From contig JBAZXO010000004.1 in assembly GCA_041659785.1 (NCBI GenBank), positions 13,270 to 77,269 on the forward strand: 64,000 nucleotides of DNA, in the 5' to 3' direction. The notes under the pieces were generated by a model. That model was not told the DNA's origin. It saw only the letters and a program-made list of their open reading frames with translations, and did no database searches. The DNA comes from Minisyncoccota bacterium (GTDB taxonomy: Bacteria; Patescibacteriota; Minisyncoccia; Phycocordibacterales; UBA9973). Positions 47,949-57,714 of the stretch are shown piece by piece. The position numbers were made by a program, and so were the translations under genes. Each line of letters starts with the position of its first letter. The stretch's first letter is position 1.

Positions 47949-48498
47949 AATTGAAGTAAAAGCAAAATTAAAAAATAAAGAAAAAGTTATCGAATCCTTG
48001 AAAAATATGGGGGCGGAATTTTTGAATACAAAATATCAAAAAGATGTAGCTTTTTGGCCAAATGAATTAAAGGCTAACGAAAAGCATCATCCCCTAGGTA
48101 CAAATTTTATGAGAATTCGAGAGCAGGAATCAAATGGAGCAAAGAAAGTCCTCTTCACATTGAAGCAACCACAGACTAATCAAACAGACTGCAAAGAATA
48201 TGAATTAGAAATAAATGAAAAGGGTATTCCTGAATTAAAATCCTTAATCTTAGCACTTGGATATTATGAATATGTAACTATTGAAAAGAATCGCACAATA
48301 GCAAAGATCAAAGACATCGAAGTGTGCATTGATGATGTAACAGACCTGGGCTCATATATAGAATTGGAGAAATTTGGACCAGCAGATCAAGCTAAAAAGA
48401 TACAAAATGAACTTTATTCTATTCTAGAATCATTAGGAGTTACGAAAGAAGACTTCGTTTACGATGGATATGATATTCTTGTTCACAATGTAAAATAA
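47941..48498 (+). CDS. CYTH domain protein (class IV adenylate cyclase-like)
   Basis: EIEVKA, MRIR, EKNR, DLGSYIELE. Confidence 0.88.
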   Translation: MNEIEVKAKLKNKEKVIESLKNMGAEFLNTKYQKDVAFWPNELKANEKHHPLGTNFMRIREQESNGAKKVLFTLKQPQTNQTDCKEYELEINEKGIPELKSLILALGYYEYVTIEKNRTIAKIKDIEVCIDDVTDLGSYIELEKFGPADQAKKIQNELYSILESLGVTKEDFVYDGYDILVHNVK

Positions 48499-48499
48499 T

Positions 48500-48829
48500 T
48501 TAAGGGTCCTCGTCTGTTTTTATCCTTATAAAAACATCGTTTCCTTCTGGGGATTTTTCTTTTTTGTATTTTCTATTTTTATTTATTTCAATTTTTCGAA
48601 TTAATTCTTTTTCCAAATCAAAACCTAATTTTTCACACATACCAAGAACAAAAATCATAACATCAGCAAACTCTTCAGCCACACCCGATTGTCCTTTATT
48701 GTATTTTGAGAATGCCTCAGAAAGCTCTTCGTGTGCACGACAAAAATCTTCCGCAGTATTAATAACGTTAAATCCCTTCTCTAACTTATTCCTCATCACC
48801 TCTTTTTGTAATTCTTTTAGATCAACCAT
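48500..48829 (-). CDS. MazG-like all-alpha NTP pyrophosphatase
   Basis: EELSE...EEFADV, KIEINKNR. Confidence 0.85.
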   Translation of the reverse strand: MVDLKELQKEVMRNKLEKGFNVINTAEDFCRAHEELSEAFSKYNKGQSGVAEEFADVMIFVLGMCEKLGFDLEKELIRKIEINKNRKYKKEKSPEGNDVFIRIKTDEDP

Positions 48830-48837
48830 AAAAATAT

Positions 48838-49317
48838 TTAATTTATAATTTCTAGCTTAATTCCTGCTTTTTTAAAAATTTCTTTACTTCTTTTTGAAGC
48901 GTGATAATCATTTTTAGCTACAAATCTTTTTATACCTGCGTTGATTAAAATCTTGGCGCAAGCATAACAAGGCATATGGGTACAATACATAGTGGCTTCA
49001 GCAATAGGCACACCGAAACGTGCCGCATTTGCAATAGCATTTGTCTCTGCATGTGTAGTGCGAATACAGTGTTCAGAAGTTGTGCCATCTTCATTTACGA
49101 TTGTATGTATCTCATGACCAACTTCACTACAGTGCGGAAGTCCAACAGGCGCACCGTTATAACCAGTCGCAAGCAAGCGCTTATCTTTTACGATAACTGC
49201 GCCCACATAGGCTCTGTCGCATGTACCCCTCGAACTAACAAGTGTTGCCATTTCAATAAAATACTCGTCCCAGGATGGTCTTTTGTGTTTAACAACTTTT
49301 TTTTCAGCTTTTTTCAC
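48838..49317 (-). CDS. dCMP deaminase
   Basis: RPSWDEYF, ATGYNG, HAETNA, PCYAC. Confidence 0.92.
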   Translation of the reverse strand: MKKAEKKVVKHKRPSWDEYFIEMATLVSSRGTCDRAYVGAVIVKDKRLLATGYNGAPVGLPHCSEVGHEIHTIVNEDGTTSEHCIRTTHAETNAIANAARFGVPIAEATMYCTHMPCYACAKILINAGIKRFVAKNDYHASKRSKEIFKKAGIKLEIIN

Positions 49318-49409
49318 CTCTTAAATATACTCCTTAAAGGTAAAAAAGTAAAAAACCGACATCGCGCAAGGCAACATCGGTTTTCTGATCGTTTTCTTCT
49401 TCCTCTATG

Positions 49410-50420
49410 TTAATGTTCCATATGTTTGAGAACTTGAAGATACAAATCCTCGACAACCTTCTCCTGTGCCTTGCCCATTTTTGCGTAGTGGTCTAGGCCT
49501 GGTGCAGAATTGATTTCAAGAACCCAGTATACCTTAGGTTTCTGACTGATATCACCATCAATCATGAAATCCACACCGCAAAGACGTAACCCCATGTCTC
49601 GAGTCAATTTAACTGCGAGTTTTTTAAACAAAGGATGCACCTTAGCGGTCACATCAACAGAATCACCCCCCGTAGATAAATTGGCATTATCTAAAAGGTA
49701 AACTTTTTGTCCTTTCGCTGGGATAGACTTGAAGCTCAGCCCCTGATGCTTCAACTTTACTGAGATTCGTGGATCATCTGTCTTAATCTGAGTATCGCGA
49801 CTTGATGCGACAAATTGTTTTTGTTTAACTTTCAAGAGCTGCGTGATTGTGGACTTTCCGTTACCCACGACATTGAGTGGGATCCGCTCGTAAGTTGAGA
49901 TTACTTTTTTGTCGAGAACGACAATACGATAATCCTTACCATGGACGGGTTGTTGAACGAGAACGACACGATCATTTTTTAATATAGCCCGCACGGCCCT
50001 ATAAAATTCATGTTTATTGTAAACAAGAGATACGCCTGTTCCCTGGCTACCACTATTTGGTTTAACGATAACTGGAAATCCAATCTTTCTAGCATGCCGA
50101 TATGAGGCATCTATGTTTCTATCAGGCAAGCCAATTGCTCGAGCCCACTGATTCGAAAAAAATACTTTACTCTCCGGTATGATTGGATAGCCCATTTCCC
50201 TCATAAAGAAATTGGCATAATCCTTATCTTTAGCAACCTCTGAACTACCCATAGGGTTGAGATCAAGTGTGTTGTACCTGAAATAGGACTTAGCTCCACT
50301 CTTGAAGGTTATCTGCCCAACGATACCCCACTTAGGCTCTACAAGGACAGAGGCTCCAATAGTAGGAGCAATCTTCTGTAAAATATTTCCAAGGATTAAT
50401 GATTCTTTTTTGTTTTTCAT
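49410..50420 (-). CDS. ATP-grasp ligase, cyanophycin synthetase N-domain-like
   Basis: PVIVKPNSGSQG, GKDYRIVV, NANLSTGG, LEINSAPG. Confidence 0.8.
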   Translation of the reverse strand: MKNKKESLILGNILQKIAPTIGASVLVEPKWGIVGQITFKSGAKSYFRYNTLDLNPMGSSEVAKDKDYANFFMREMGYPIIPESKVFFSNQWARAIGLPDRNIDASYRHARKIGFPVIVKPNSGSQGTGVSLVYNKHEFYRAVRAILKNDRVVLVQQPVHGKDYRIVVLDKKVISTYERIPLNVVGNGKSTITQLLKVKQKQFVASSRDTQIKTDDPRISVKLKHQGLSFKSIPAKGQKVYLLDNANLSTGGDSVDVTAKVHPLFKKLAVKLTRDMGLRLCGVDFMIDGDISQKPKVYWVLEINSAPGLDHYAKMGKAQEKVVEDLYLQVLKHMEH

Positions 50421-50558
50421 GAGATTCTCCTGTGGTTGTTGTCAAGGAAGGATAAAGCCAAATCCTAGACTTTTCTAATTTCTACCATACGATGTCTAAA
50501 GAACTTTGTCAATTTTTAAAAACTCTATTATAAAACAAAATATTATATTGTAATAATT

Positions 50559-51287
50559 TTATTTTTTAAATTTTATTTTTTTTATTTTTTCAAAAAGAGG
50601 TTGATATAAGTCTTCTCGTGGATCAATGTAAAGCTCATTTTTATTTATTTTTTCTGTAAACACAACTGGTGCATCAGTGATTAATGCTAGGGGTTGTTGT
50701 TCTCTCCCTTCTCCCATACACAATACCGCAGAAGTTGCCAAACTGTCTGCCACGTCCGTACGAGATAATTTTAAAATCCTTCCAAAAATATCTGGTGTTC
50801 CACGATAGTCTCGAACACCCTTGAGGCCTGCATAACCTATGGCCGCCCCAACAACCCCTGCCCGCAAAGGAAACAACCTACTATCCGTAATTAAAATACC
50901 TAAATTTTTTATTTTATATTTTTTACATAACCCCTTACGAATTAAATTGGCAGTTTTAAAAGAATTTTTTGGTAACAGAACTATTTTCCCATCTGCATTT
51001 GATTCATCAATACCAGCAGAAGACATAACCATGCCGTCCTTGATGGTAAGCCATGTGTATTTTGTACGAAGCATGTATTCACTTTCAGATTTAATAATTT
51101 TTTCACGCATTTTTTCATGAGAAATAGATAAATCGATCTTTGTAGTGCGTCCTTCAGACAAAGCAACTATCTTTGAAGTAATAACTAAAATAGATTTCTC
51201 GGGAATTTTTTTTACATATTTAAAAATAAATGAAAATAAATCTTCATTTTCCTTGAAAATACGAGTTTTGATAGCCTTAATTTGCAT
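50559..51287 (-). CDS. CofE-family gamma-glutamyl ligase (folate/F420 type)
   Basis: TSKIVALSEG, AGIDESNA, ITDS, MGEG. Confidence 0.85.
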   Translation of the reverse strand: MQIKAIKTRIFKENEDLFSFIFKYVKKIPEKSILVITSKIVALSEGRTTKIDLSISHEKMREKIIKSESEYMLRTKYTWLTIKDGMVMSSAGIDESNADGKIVLLPKNSFKTANLIRKGLCKKYKIKNLGILITDSRLFPLRAGVVGAAIGYAGLKGVRDYRGTPDIFGRILKLSRTDVADSLATSAVLCMGEGREQQPLALITDAPVVFTEKINKNELYIDPREDLYQPLFEKIKKIKFKK

Positions 51288-51801
51288 ATCTGTATTTTAA
51301 CAGAATTGTCCCTTTTTTGTTTAGTTTTTTTACTGATTCTAAGATAAAATTATGTTTCTTAAATTTATCCCCATTAAACATAGATATTCCGTTTGTGAAA
51401 ACATAGGGTTCAATTGTCACAAAAAGCTCATCAAGCATTCTATTTTGTAAACAAAAATTATAAACTTTTGGTCCGCCAAGTATAGCAATTTTTTTATATT
51501 TCTTTTTATTCAAAAAATCTAAAATAGTTGAACGTTTTGGGTTCAAAAAATTCACTGAGCTGAATGATTTTAATTTATTTGCTTTTGATGTTAAAACAAT
51601 CGTATTTCTTTTGTCGAGACGCTTCTGTACAATTTTGTAGGTATTGTGTCCCACAATAACAGCGTCCATTTTACTTAAAGATTTTTGAAAAAAATTCCAA
51701 TCTTCTTTACTTGTCCAATCTGTGCCAGAATTATTACTTTTGGCTATTATTCCATCAATACTCACAGCCACAAAAGCTACAAATTTAGTTCGTGTTTTCA
51801 T
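51277..51801 (-). CDS. Dihydrofolate reductase / RibD-C family protein
   Basis: AVSIDGII, WTSKED, GHNTY, LGGPKVY, DELFVT. Confidence 0.85.
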   Translation of the reverse strand: MKTRTKFVAFVAVSIDGIIAKSNNSGTDWTSKEDWNFFQKSLSKMDAVIVGHNTYKIVQKRLDKRNTIVLTSKANKLKSFSSVNFLNPKRSTILDFLNKKKYKKIAILGGPKVYNFCLQNRMLDELFVTIEPYVFTNGISMFNGDKFKKHNFILESVKKLNKKGTILLKYRYAN

Positions 51802-52435
51802 TTTTACCTTTTAAAAGATAAATACCAAAATAAGAAAGTGGAGTATAAACAAAACCCATTACAATCTTAAAGAGCCACCAAGGAATGATAATAAGTATTA
51901 TGGTTTTTATTGGATAAACGCCAATGAATGCAATAGACATGAAAATAACAGTATCTAAAAATTGTGACCAGACATTTGAAAGATTAGATCGTAGCCAAAA
52001 ATTCTTTTCTCCAGTATATTTTTTTAAAAAAAAGAAAGAAATAACATCTTGATATTCTGCAATCACAAAAGCTAAAAGCGAAGCAATAGAAAAACGTGCT
52101 GAAAGCCCGAAAATTTCATTATACCCACCCTTAACCCAAAGACTAGATTGTGCCCAAGGGGTTATTGTTGAAAGGAAAGAATAAAGTAAAAAAAGTAATA
52201 TAGATATAACCCCCGCCAAGACAAAATTCTTTGCCATTTTCTTTCCATAAACTTCCCCAATTACATCAGTCATAATAAAAACAATTGGAAAAGAAAAAAC
52301 AGCCACAGAAAGATGCGTCCCAAAAATAAAAGGCATTAATTTTATTCCTAATGTATTCGCAGCAAAAAGAGAGGTAATATAAAGAGTTAAACAAATAAGA
52401 ATTTTCTTATAATCCTTTTCTGTGAGTGTTTGCAT
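51785..52435 (-). CDS. YhhQ/VUT family vitamin or queuosine-precursor transporter
   Basis: FP...TDVIGEVYGKK, ASLLAF, WLRSNLS, SQFLDT. Confidence 0.85.
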   Translation of the reverse strand: MQTLTEKDYKKILICLTLYITSLFAANTLGIKLMPFIFGTHLSVAVFSFPIVFIMTDVIGEVYGKKMAKNFVLAGVISILLFLLYSFLSTITPWAQSSLWVKGGYNEIFGLSARFSIASLLAFVIAEYQDVISFFFLKKYTGEKNFWLRSNLSNVWSQFLDTVIFMSIAFIGVYPIKTIILIIIPWWLFKIVMGFVYTPLSYFGIYLLKGKNENTN

Positions 52436-52447
52436 GATTTATTTTAT

Positions 52448-52870
52448 TTATATTACTTCTACCCCCATGCTTCGAGCGGAGCCGGCGACGATGTTGATAG
52501 CGCCTTGGTCATCCTTGGCATTCAAGTCTGCACGTTTCTTGTTAGCAATTTCTAAAGCCTGAGCTTTAGTTATTTTACCAACTTTTGTAGAAACGTTTTT
52601 ACCTGAACCTTTCTCTATGCCAGCTGCTTTAAGGATAAGTCCTGTGACAGGAGGGGTCTTGATAACGAAATCATAACTTCGGTCTTCATAAACAGTGATA
52701 GAAACTCCAACTTTGTCTCCAGCCATTTTAGCTGTTGCGGCATTGAACTTGGTTACGAAGTCTCCAATGTTAATACCAGCCTGACCGAGTGCGGGTCCTA
52801 AAGGAGGCGCAGGGGTTGCCTTTGCGGCCTGGATTTGTAATTTAATTTTTTTGGTTATTTTTTTTGCCAT
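52448..52870 (-). CDS. rplK: 50S ribosomal protein uL11
   Basis: [23 protein letters not shown]. Confidence 0.97.
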   Translation of the reverse strand: MAKKITKKIKLQIQAAKATPAPPLGPALGQAGINIGDFVTKFNAATAKMAGDKVGVSITVYEDRSYDFVIKTPPVTGLILKAAGIEKGSGKNVSTKVGKITKAQALEIANKKRADLNAKDDQGAINIVAGSARSMGVEVI

Positions 52871-52888
52871 AACAATCTATACATTAAC

Positions 52889-53434
52889 TTATATTTTCTT
52901 TACTTGCAAGAAATCGAGTTCGACTGGAGTTTCACGACCGAACATTGAAACCAGAACTTTAACCTTGCCACGATCTTGATCCACAGAATTTACCTTACCC
53001 TCAAGGTCCTTAAATGGACCGTCATTGATACGAACGGTCTCACCCACGGTCATATCGATATTGTGTTTGAGTGTACCAGAATCCATTTTCTTGAAGAGGA
53101 AGTCTACTTCTTCTTTTTTAAGTGGAACAGGATTTACTCCAGCACCGACGAATCCAGTAACACGTGGAGTATTGCGAACAACATACCAAGAATCATCCGT
53201 CACAATCATATCTACTAATACATAACCTGGATAAATCTTTTCTTCTACTTCTGCGCGTTTACCACCTTTGATTTTTATCTTTTTCTCAACAGGAACAATA
53301 ACATTAAAAATTTTATCATTCATTCCAAGAGAGTCTATACGCTGCTTCAAATTACGAAGAACAACGTTCTCGTATCCAGCATAAGTGTGTATCGCATACC
53401 AATTTCTAACTCCTTGTGTTTCTTGTTTTGACAT
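52889..53434 (-). CDS. nusG: Transcription factor NusG
   Basis: WYAIHTYAGYE, PGYVLV, MFGRETPVEL. Confidence 0.98.
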   Translation of the reverse strand: MSKQETQGVRNWYAIHTYAGYENVVLRNLKQRIDSLGMNDKIFNVIVPVEKKIKIKGGKRAEVEEKIYPGYVLVDMIVTDDSWYVVRNTPRVTGFVGAGVNPVPLKKEEVDFLFKKMDSGTLKHNIDMTVGETVRINDGPFKDLEGKVNSVDQDRGKVKVLVSMFGRETPVELDFLQVKKI

Positions 53435-53449
53435 AAATTTTAAAAAACT

Positions 53450-53635
53450 TTAGATATGAATTATTTTCTGCAAGATTTGTGAAAAAATAAAATCAAAAAC
53501 ACCTAAATAATATGAAATTATAACAGACAAAAGTATGACTATGACAGTGTAATACAAAGTTTGATTTCTGGATGGCCAGATCACATGCTTCAATTCTGTC
53601 TTTGTTTCTTCAAAATACTGAGTAATTTTTGACAT
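53450..53635 (-). CDS. secE: Preprotein translocase SecE
   Basis: ELKHVIWPS plus single TM; upstream of nusG. Confidence 0.95.
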   Translation of the reverse strand: MSKITQYFEETKTELKHVIWPSRNQTLYYTVIVILLSVIISYYLGVFDFIFSQILQKIIHI

Positions 53636-53738
53636 AAATCTTAAAATTTATTAAACCTTTTAAAAAAGCCCCCTTTCAAGGGCTCTTTTAATAGTACTCT
53701 TTTTTTCTAAAAAGTCAATTCACCAAAGGCGAACAGGT

Positions 53739-54554
53739 TTACCTTATTTCGTAAGTAATTGTGACATCAGAAGTAATTGTATTTTGTCCTTTTGGAATAA
53801 CAGCTGGAGCTGGAGCAGAAGCACCTACAGAATCCATCATGGCAGTCTTAGCGTACATCATAGGATAATTACCAGACTCGTTAAAGCTTGTAATTTTACC
53901 AAGTCTTACTCCTAAGTCTTTCGCCAAAACTTCTGCTTTTTGTTTTGCTTCATCGATAGCCAATTTTCTTGCTTGGGCTTTTAATGCATCTTCTTTATCT
54001 ATAGCAAAGTTTGGACCATTTAAATCAGAAGCGCCAGTAGTGCCAAGACCTTGCATGATATCACCAACGTTGTCTGTGTTTCTAATTTTTACAGTGATAC
54101 TTTCGCTAGCTGTATAACCGAGGAGTACTTGTTTACCACCCGGACAATAATAAGAAGGAGCGCTGACTGAACCAGCACCCATAGGGATAGGAGGACAAAC
54201 AGATTGCCTGTATTCATACTTTGGGTTGAAGGACGCATTTTCAGTTTTAATATCTTTATCATCTACACCTTTAGCTTTCAAAACATCTAATGCTTTCTTC
54301 TCTATGACGGCCACAGCATCCTGTGCTTCTTTAACAGTTTTTCCGTCTTTACTAATAGTAAAATAAACATTCGCAATATCTGGGACAGCTTGAACTTCTC
54401 CATGTCCAGAGAAAGATATTGTATCCGGTGTTTTATTTTCGTCTCGATATCCCTTTTCGAATAAAGCATTGGCAGCTATAACAGCCAAGAAAACAATTAA
54501 CGCAATCCTCAACCCACGATATAATCTAACTTTTTGTTCTGGTAACATTTCCAT
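53739..54554 (-). CDS. SIMPL (DUF541) domain protein
   Basis: SGHGEVQAVPDIA, ARKLAIDEAKQKAEVLA, VTITYEI. Confidence 0.9.
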   Translation of the reverse strand: MEMLPEQKVRLYRGLRIALIVFLAVIAANALFEKGYRDENKTPDTISFSGHGEVQAVPDIANVYFTISKDGKTVKEAQDAVAVIEKKALDVLKAKGVDDKDIKTENASFNPKYEYRQSVCPPIPMGAGSVSAPSYYCPGGKQVLLGYTASESITVKIRNTDNVGDIMQGLGTTGASDLNGPNFAIDKEDALKAQARKLAIDEAKQKAEVLAKDLGVRLGKITSFNESGNYPMMYAKTAMMDSVGASAPAPAVIPKGQNTITSDVTITYEIR

Positions 54555-54562
54555 ATATTTTA

Positions 54563-54584
54563 TTCCACGCCTAAGCGGGACAAG
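54563..54584 (+). repeat. Degenerate family A palindrome, intergenic
   Basis: TTCCACGCCTAAGCGGGACAAG with CAAG foot. Confidence 0.55.
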
Positions 54585-55091
54585 TTATTTCTTAATTGCT
54601 AATAATTCGACGTCAAAGATTAATGTAGCATTAGGTGGTATTACTCCTCCTGCACCGGCAGTTCCATATCCATCAGCAGGTAATATGGTAAGAGTCTTTT
54701 TTTCTCCTACTTTCATTCCGACAATTCCTTTATCCCAACCAGCGATAACCTGGCCAGCACCTAGGGTAAAGATAAAAGGCTGCACGTGATTAAATTTTGG
54801 ATCTACGTTTGAATCAAAAACTGTTCCGTTTTCCAATCGGCCAGTATAATTCATCGCTACGGTGTCTCCCTTTTTTGCTACTTGTGCGGTAGGTGCAGGA
54901 GCTTTATCGTCTTTTCCTGTTGTATTCCCAGCGGGAACTGTATTATTCGGTACATTATTTGCTATGTTGTTTACATCATTATTTGAAGGCATATTTACTT
55001 TATTTTTTATACTGATAAAAACCAAAACCCCTATTAATGCTAAAACTATTACGACTGCTAGTACAATATTCATACTTTTTTTATTTTCCAT
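54585..55091 (-). CDS. FKBP-type peptidyl-prolyl isomerase, membrane-anchored
   Basis: YTGRLENGTVFDS, VIAGWDKG, IPPNATLIFDVELL. Confidence 0.95.
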   Translation of the reverse strand: MENKKSMNIVLAVVIVLALIGVLVFISIKNKVNMPSNNDVNNIANNVPNNTVPAGNTTGKDDKAPAPTAQVAKKGDTVAMNYTGRLENGTVFDSNVDPKFNHVQPFIFTLGAGQVIAGWDKGIVGMKVGEKKTLTILPADGYGTAGAGGVIPPNATLIFDVELLAIKK

Positions 55092-55143
55092 AACTTAAAA
55101 ATTAAAATACTTCTAATAAATCTATTATAGACCTTATGATTTT

Positions 55144-56166
55144 TTACACAATATTGACTTCGGGCACCAAATCAAGGCCGAATTTTTCTTTTACGGATGC
55201 AATAATATTGTTTGCTAATTCGACAATCTCAGGACCAGTAGCCCCGCCATAATTTACTAAAACTAATGCTTGTTTATCATGAACTCCAACATTTCCTATT
55301 CTTTTTCCCTTCCAACCAGATTGCTCAATGAGCCATCCAGCTGGAACTTTAATTATCCCCTCTTCTTCAAAAGAAGGAATAATAGGGTAAGTAGAAAGTA
55401 GCCTAGTCAATTGTTCTTTTTTTACAAAAACATTTTTAAAAAAGCTACCGGCATTACCTAAAATCTTAGGATCTGGTAATTTACTATTTCTTATAGACAC
55501 CACAGCATCACTTATGTCTTTTGAGTTTTTAATTTCTCCGCCAGCTGGCGGATTATTTTCTAAAAAATCTTTCAAGATTCTGTAAGAAATGTTAGGGGCA
55601 GGTTTTTTACTTAATTTTAAAGTTAAAGCAGAAATAAAATATTTTCCTTTTAATTTATTTTTAAAAACACTATCTCGATAACCCAATTCACATTCTTCTT
55701 TACTAAAAATTCTTTTCATCCCTGTCTCAATTTCAAAAGCTTCGACATTTAAAAGTGTATCTTTAAGCTCTGCCCCATAAGCTCCAATGTTTTGCATAGG
55801 AGCTGCACCAACCGTTCCTGGAATAAGCGATAAATTCTCAATACCCCAATACCCCTTATTTACTGAAAAAAGTACGAGATCGTGCCACGATTCACCACCA
55901 AGAGAACGGACAAGCACATCTTCGGAATTTTCATTTATGGTTTCTATCCCTTTTAATTTATTTAATACGACAAAACCATCAAAATCTTTAACAAAAAGAA
56001 CATTGCTTCCTCCACCAAGAAATATTTTATTGTTCTCTTTAAATTCTGGAAGACTAAAAAGTTCTGATAAATCTGCTTCAGATTTTACTTCAACAAAAAA
56101 TTTAGCCTTAGCATTTATGCCAAAGGTATTCAGTTTAGATAAATTGTAATTTTTCTCTATCTGCAT
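55144..56166 (-). CDS. murB: UDP-N-acetylmuramate dehydrogenase (start MQIEK)
   Basis: LGGGSNVL, IPGTVGAAPMQNIGAYG, GNAGSFFKN, QALVLVN. Confidence 0.96.
   Translation of the reverse strand: MQIEKNYNLSKLNTFGINAKAKFFVEVKSEADLSELFSLPEFKENNKIFLGGGSNVLFVKDFDGFVVLNKLKGIETINENSEDVLVRSLGGESWHDLVLFSVNKGYWGIENLSLIPGTVGAAPMQNIGAYGAELKDTLLNVEAFEIETGMKRIFSKEECELGYRDSVFKNKLKGKYFISALTLKLSKKPAPNISYRILKDFLENNPPAGGEIKNSKDISDAVVSIRNSKLPDPKILGNAGSFFKNVFVKKEQLTRLLSTYPIIPSFEEEGIIKVPAGWLIEQSGWKGKRIGNVGVHDKQALVLVNYGGATGPEIVELANNIIASVKEKFGLDLVPEVNIV
55537..55552. repeat. 16-bp perfect palindrome in-frame in murB (PPAGG)
   Basis: TCCGCCAGCTGGCGGA within AT-rich coding sequence. Confidence 0.7.
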
Positions 56167-56168
56167 TT

Positions 56169-57539
56169 TTATATAAATATAGAAATAATCGCTCCAATAC
56201 CAACCAAAGAAATTAATACGAAAGTAATCCACCCAAAAATATTAGTACTTTTTTTATTTTTGAAATTACCCATAATGCTCTCATCTCCGCTTAAGTGAAC
56301 AATGAAGAAGATCATAAATGGAGAAATGATTCCATTCAAAACAGCGGAATAAATGAGCGCTTTGATCGGATCAAGACCGACAAAATTCAAAATTATTCCG
56401 AGGACCATCGCAATAATAATAATTCCATAAAAAGAAGTGCCTTGTTTTAATTTTCGATAAAGCCCCGTCTTCCAGCCGAAAGATTCTGAGATTGCATAAG
56501 ATGCCGAACCAGCGAGAACAGGTATAGCGAGGAGTCCCGTGCCTAAAATCCCTAAAGCAAAAAGGATGAAAGCGAAATTCCCAGCAAAGGGCCGCAAGGC
56601 TATCGCCGCATCAGAAGCTGTAGCAATATTTGTAATTCCATTCGCATAGAGTGTCGCTGCGCAAGCTGCGATGATAAAGAACATTATCATATTTGAAACT
56701 AGCATCCCTGACCATACATCGATACGCATATTTTTTATATCTAGAGGCGTAGTGCTAGCACGACGTATTGCTTCAGTTTTTTCTCCATGTAAAATCTGTT
56801 CTTCGACTTCTTGGGAAGATTGCCAGAAAAATAAATAAGGGCTGATGGTCGTGCCGAGAGCTGCTGTGATAAGGATAATCATATCTTTAGAAAAATGAAA
56901 ACTTGGTATTACTGTATTTCGTAATACTTCTCCCCAATTCATTTTTACAGAAAAAGCCGAAACAACATAAGCAAAGAGTATAAAGGTGAGATATTTTAAA
57001 TATTTAGCATATTTCTTATAAGAAATAAAAATTTGTAAAAATAAAGAAGCTATAGCAAAAAGAAAAATTAAAAAAATAAAATTTAAAAAAGGAAACATCA
57101 ACTGCGTTCCTTTCGCCATCGCCCCCAAGTCTGCCCCAATATTAAAAACATTAGCAAAAAGTAAAAGTGCTGTACATAAATAAAGAAGTTTCTTTGAGTA
57201 ATATTTTCTAATGTTCGCAGCGAGGCCGACTCCGGTAGCAAGCCCGATGCGTGCGCACATTTCTTGTATCGTCGCCATAAGTGGAAAAGAAAAAAGTGAC
57301 AACCAAATAAGACCGAAGCCTTGCGATGCACCCATTTGTGAATATGTAGCAATTCCAGAAGGATCATCATCTGCAGCACCTGTGATGAGCCCAGGACCTA
57401 ACTTTTTCCAATATTCTATAGCAGCTTTTACTGGCTTTTCGGCAACGATACCTTCTTCTAATTCGTGCCCGACTTCTACGCTCTTTTCCAAAATTTCTGC
57501 CGGTGCGCTAAAAAGTTTTTCCCAAATGCTCTTTCTCAT
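56169..57539 (-). CDS. NRAMP family divalent metal transporter
   Basis: GPGLITGAADDDPSGIATYS, LGTTISPYLFFWQ. Confidence 0.92.
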   Translation of the reverse strand: MRKSIWEKLFSAPAEILEKSVEVGHELEEGIVAEKPVKAAIEYWKKLGPGLITGAADDDPSGIATYSQMGASQGFGLIWLSLFSFPLMATIQEMCARIGLATGVGLAANIRKYYSKKLLYLCTALLLFANVFNIGADLGAMAKGTQLMFPFLNFIFLIFLFAIASLFLQIFISYKKYAKYLKYLTFILFAYVVSAFSVKMNWGEVLRNTVIPSFHFSKDMIILITAALGTTISPYLFFWQSSQEVEEQILHGEKTEAIRRASTTPLDIKNMRIDVWSGMLVSNMIMFFIIAACAATLYANGITNIATASDAAIALRPFAGNFAFILFALGILGTGLLAIPVLAGSASYAISESFGWKTGLYRKLKQGTSFYGIIIIAMVLGIILNFVGLDPIKALIYSAVLNGIISPFMIFFIVHLSGDESIMGNFKNKKSTNIFGWITFVLISLVGIGAIISIFI

Positions 57540-57714
57540 GTTGTTTATTATGGCATATTTTTAAAAATTAAAATATGCTAAAAAAAATAACCTCTTAACA
57601 TATCATATATGATAGATTAAGAAATTAGGAAAGTTTTTTATATAAAAAGAAAAACCCACCCGATGAAGAATGAGCTTTCCTCAACCCGGACGGGTTTAAA
57701 TGATAATGGGATTT

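Noticed and set aside
52436-52447. preQ1 riboswitch before the yhhQ-like gene
   Set aside because: Only 12 nt separate it from rplK.
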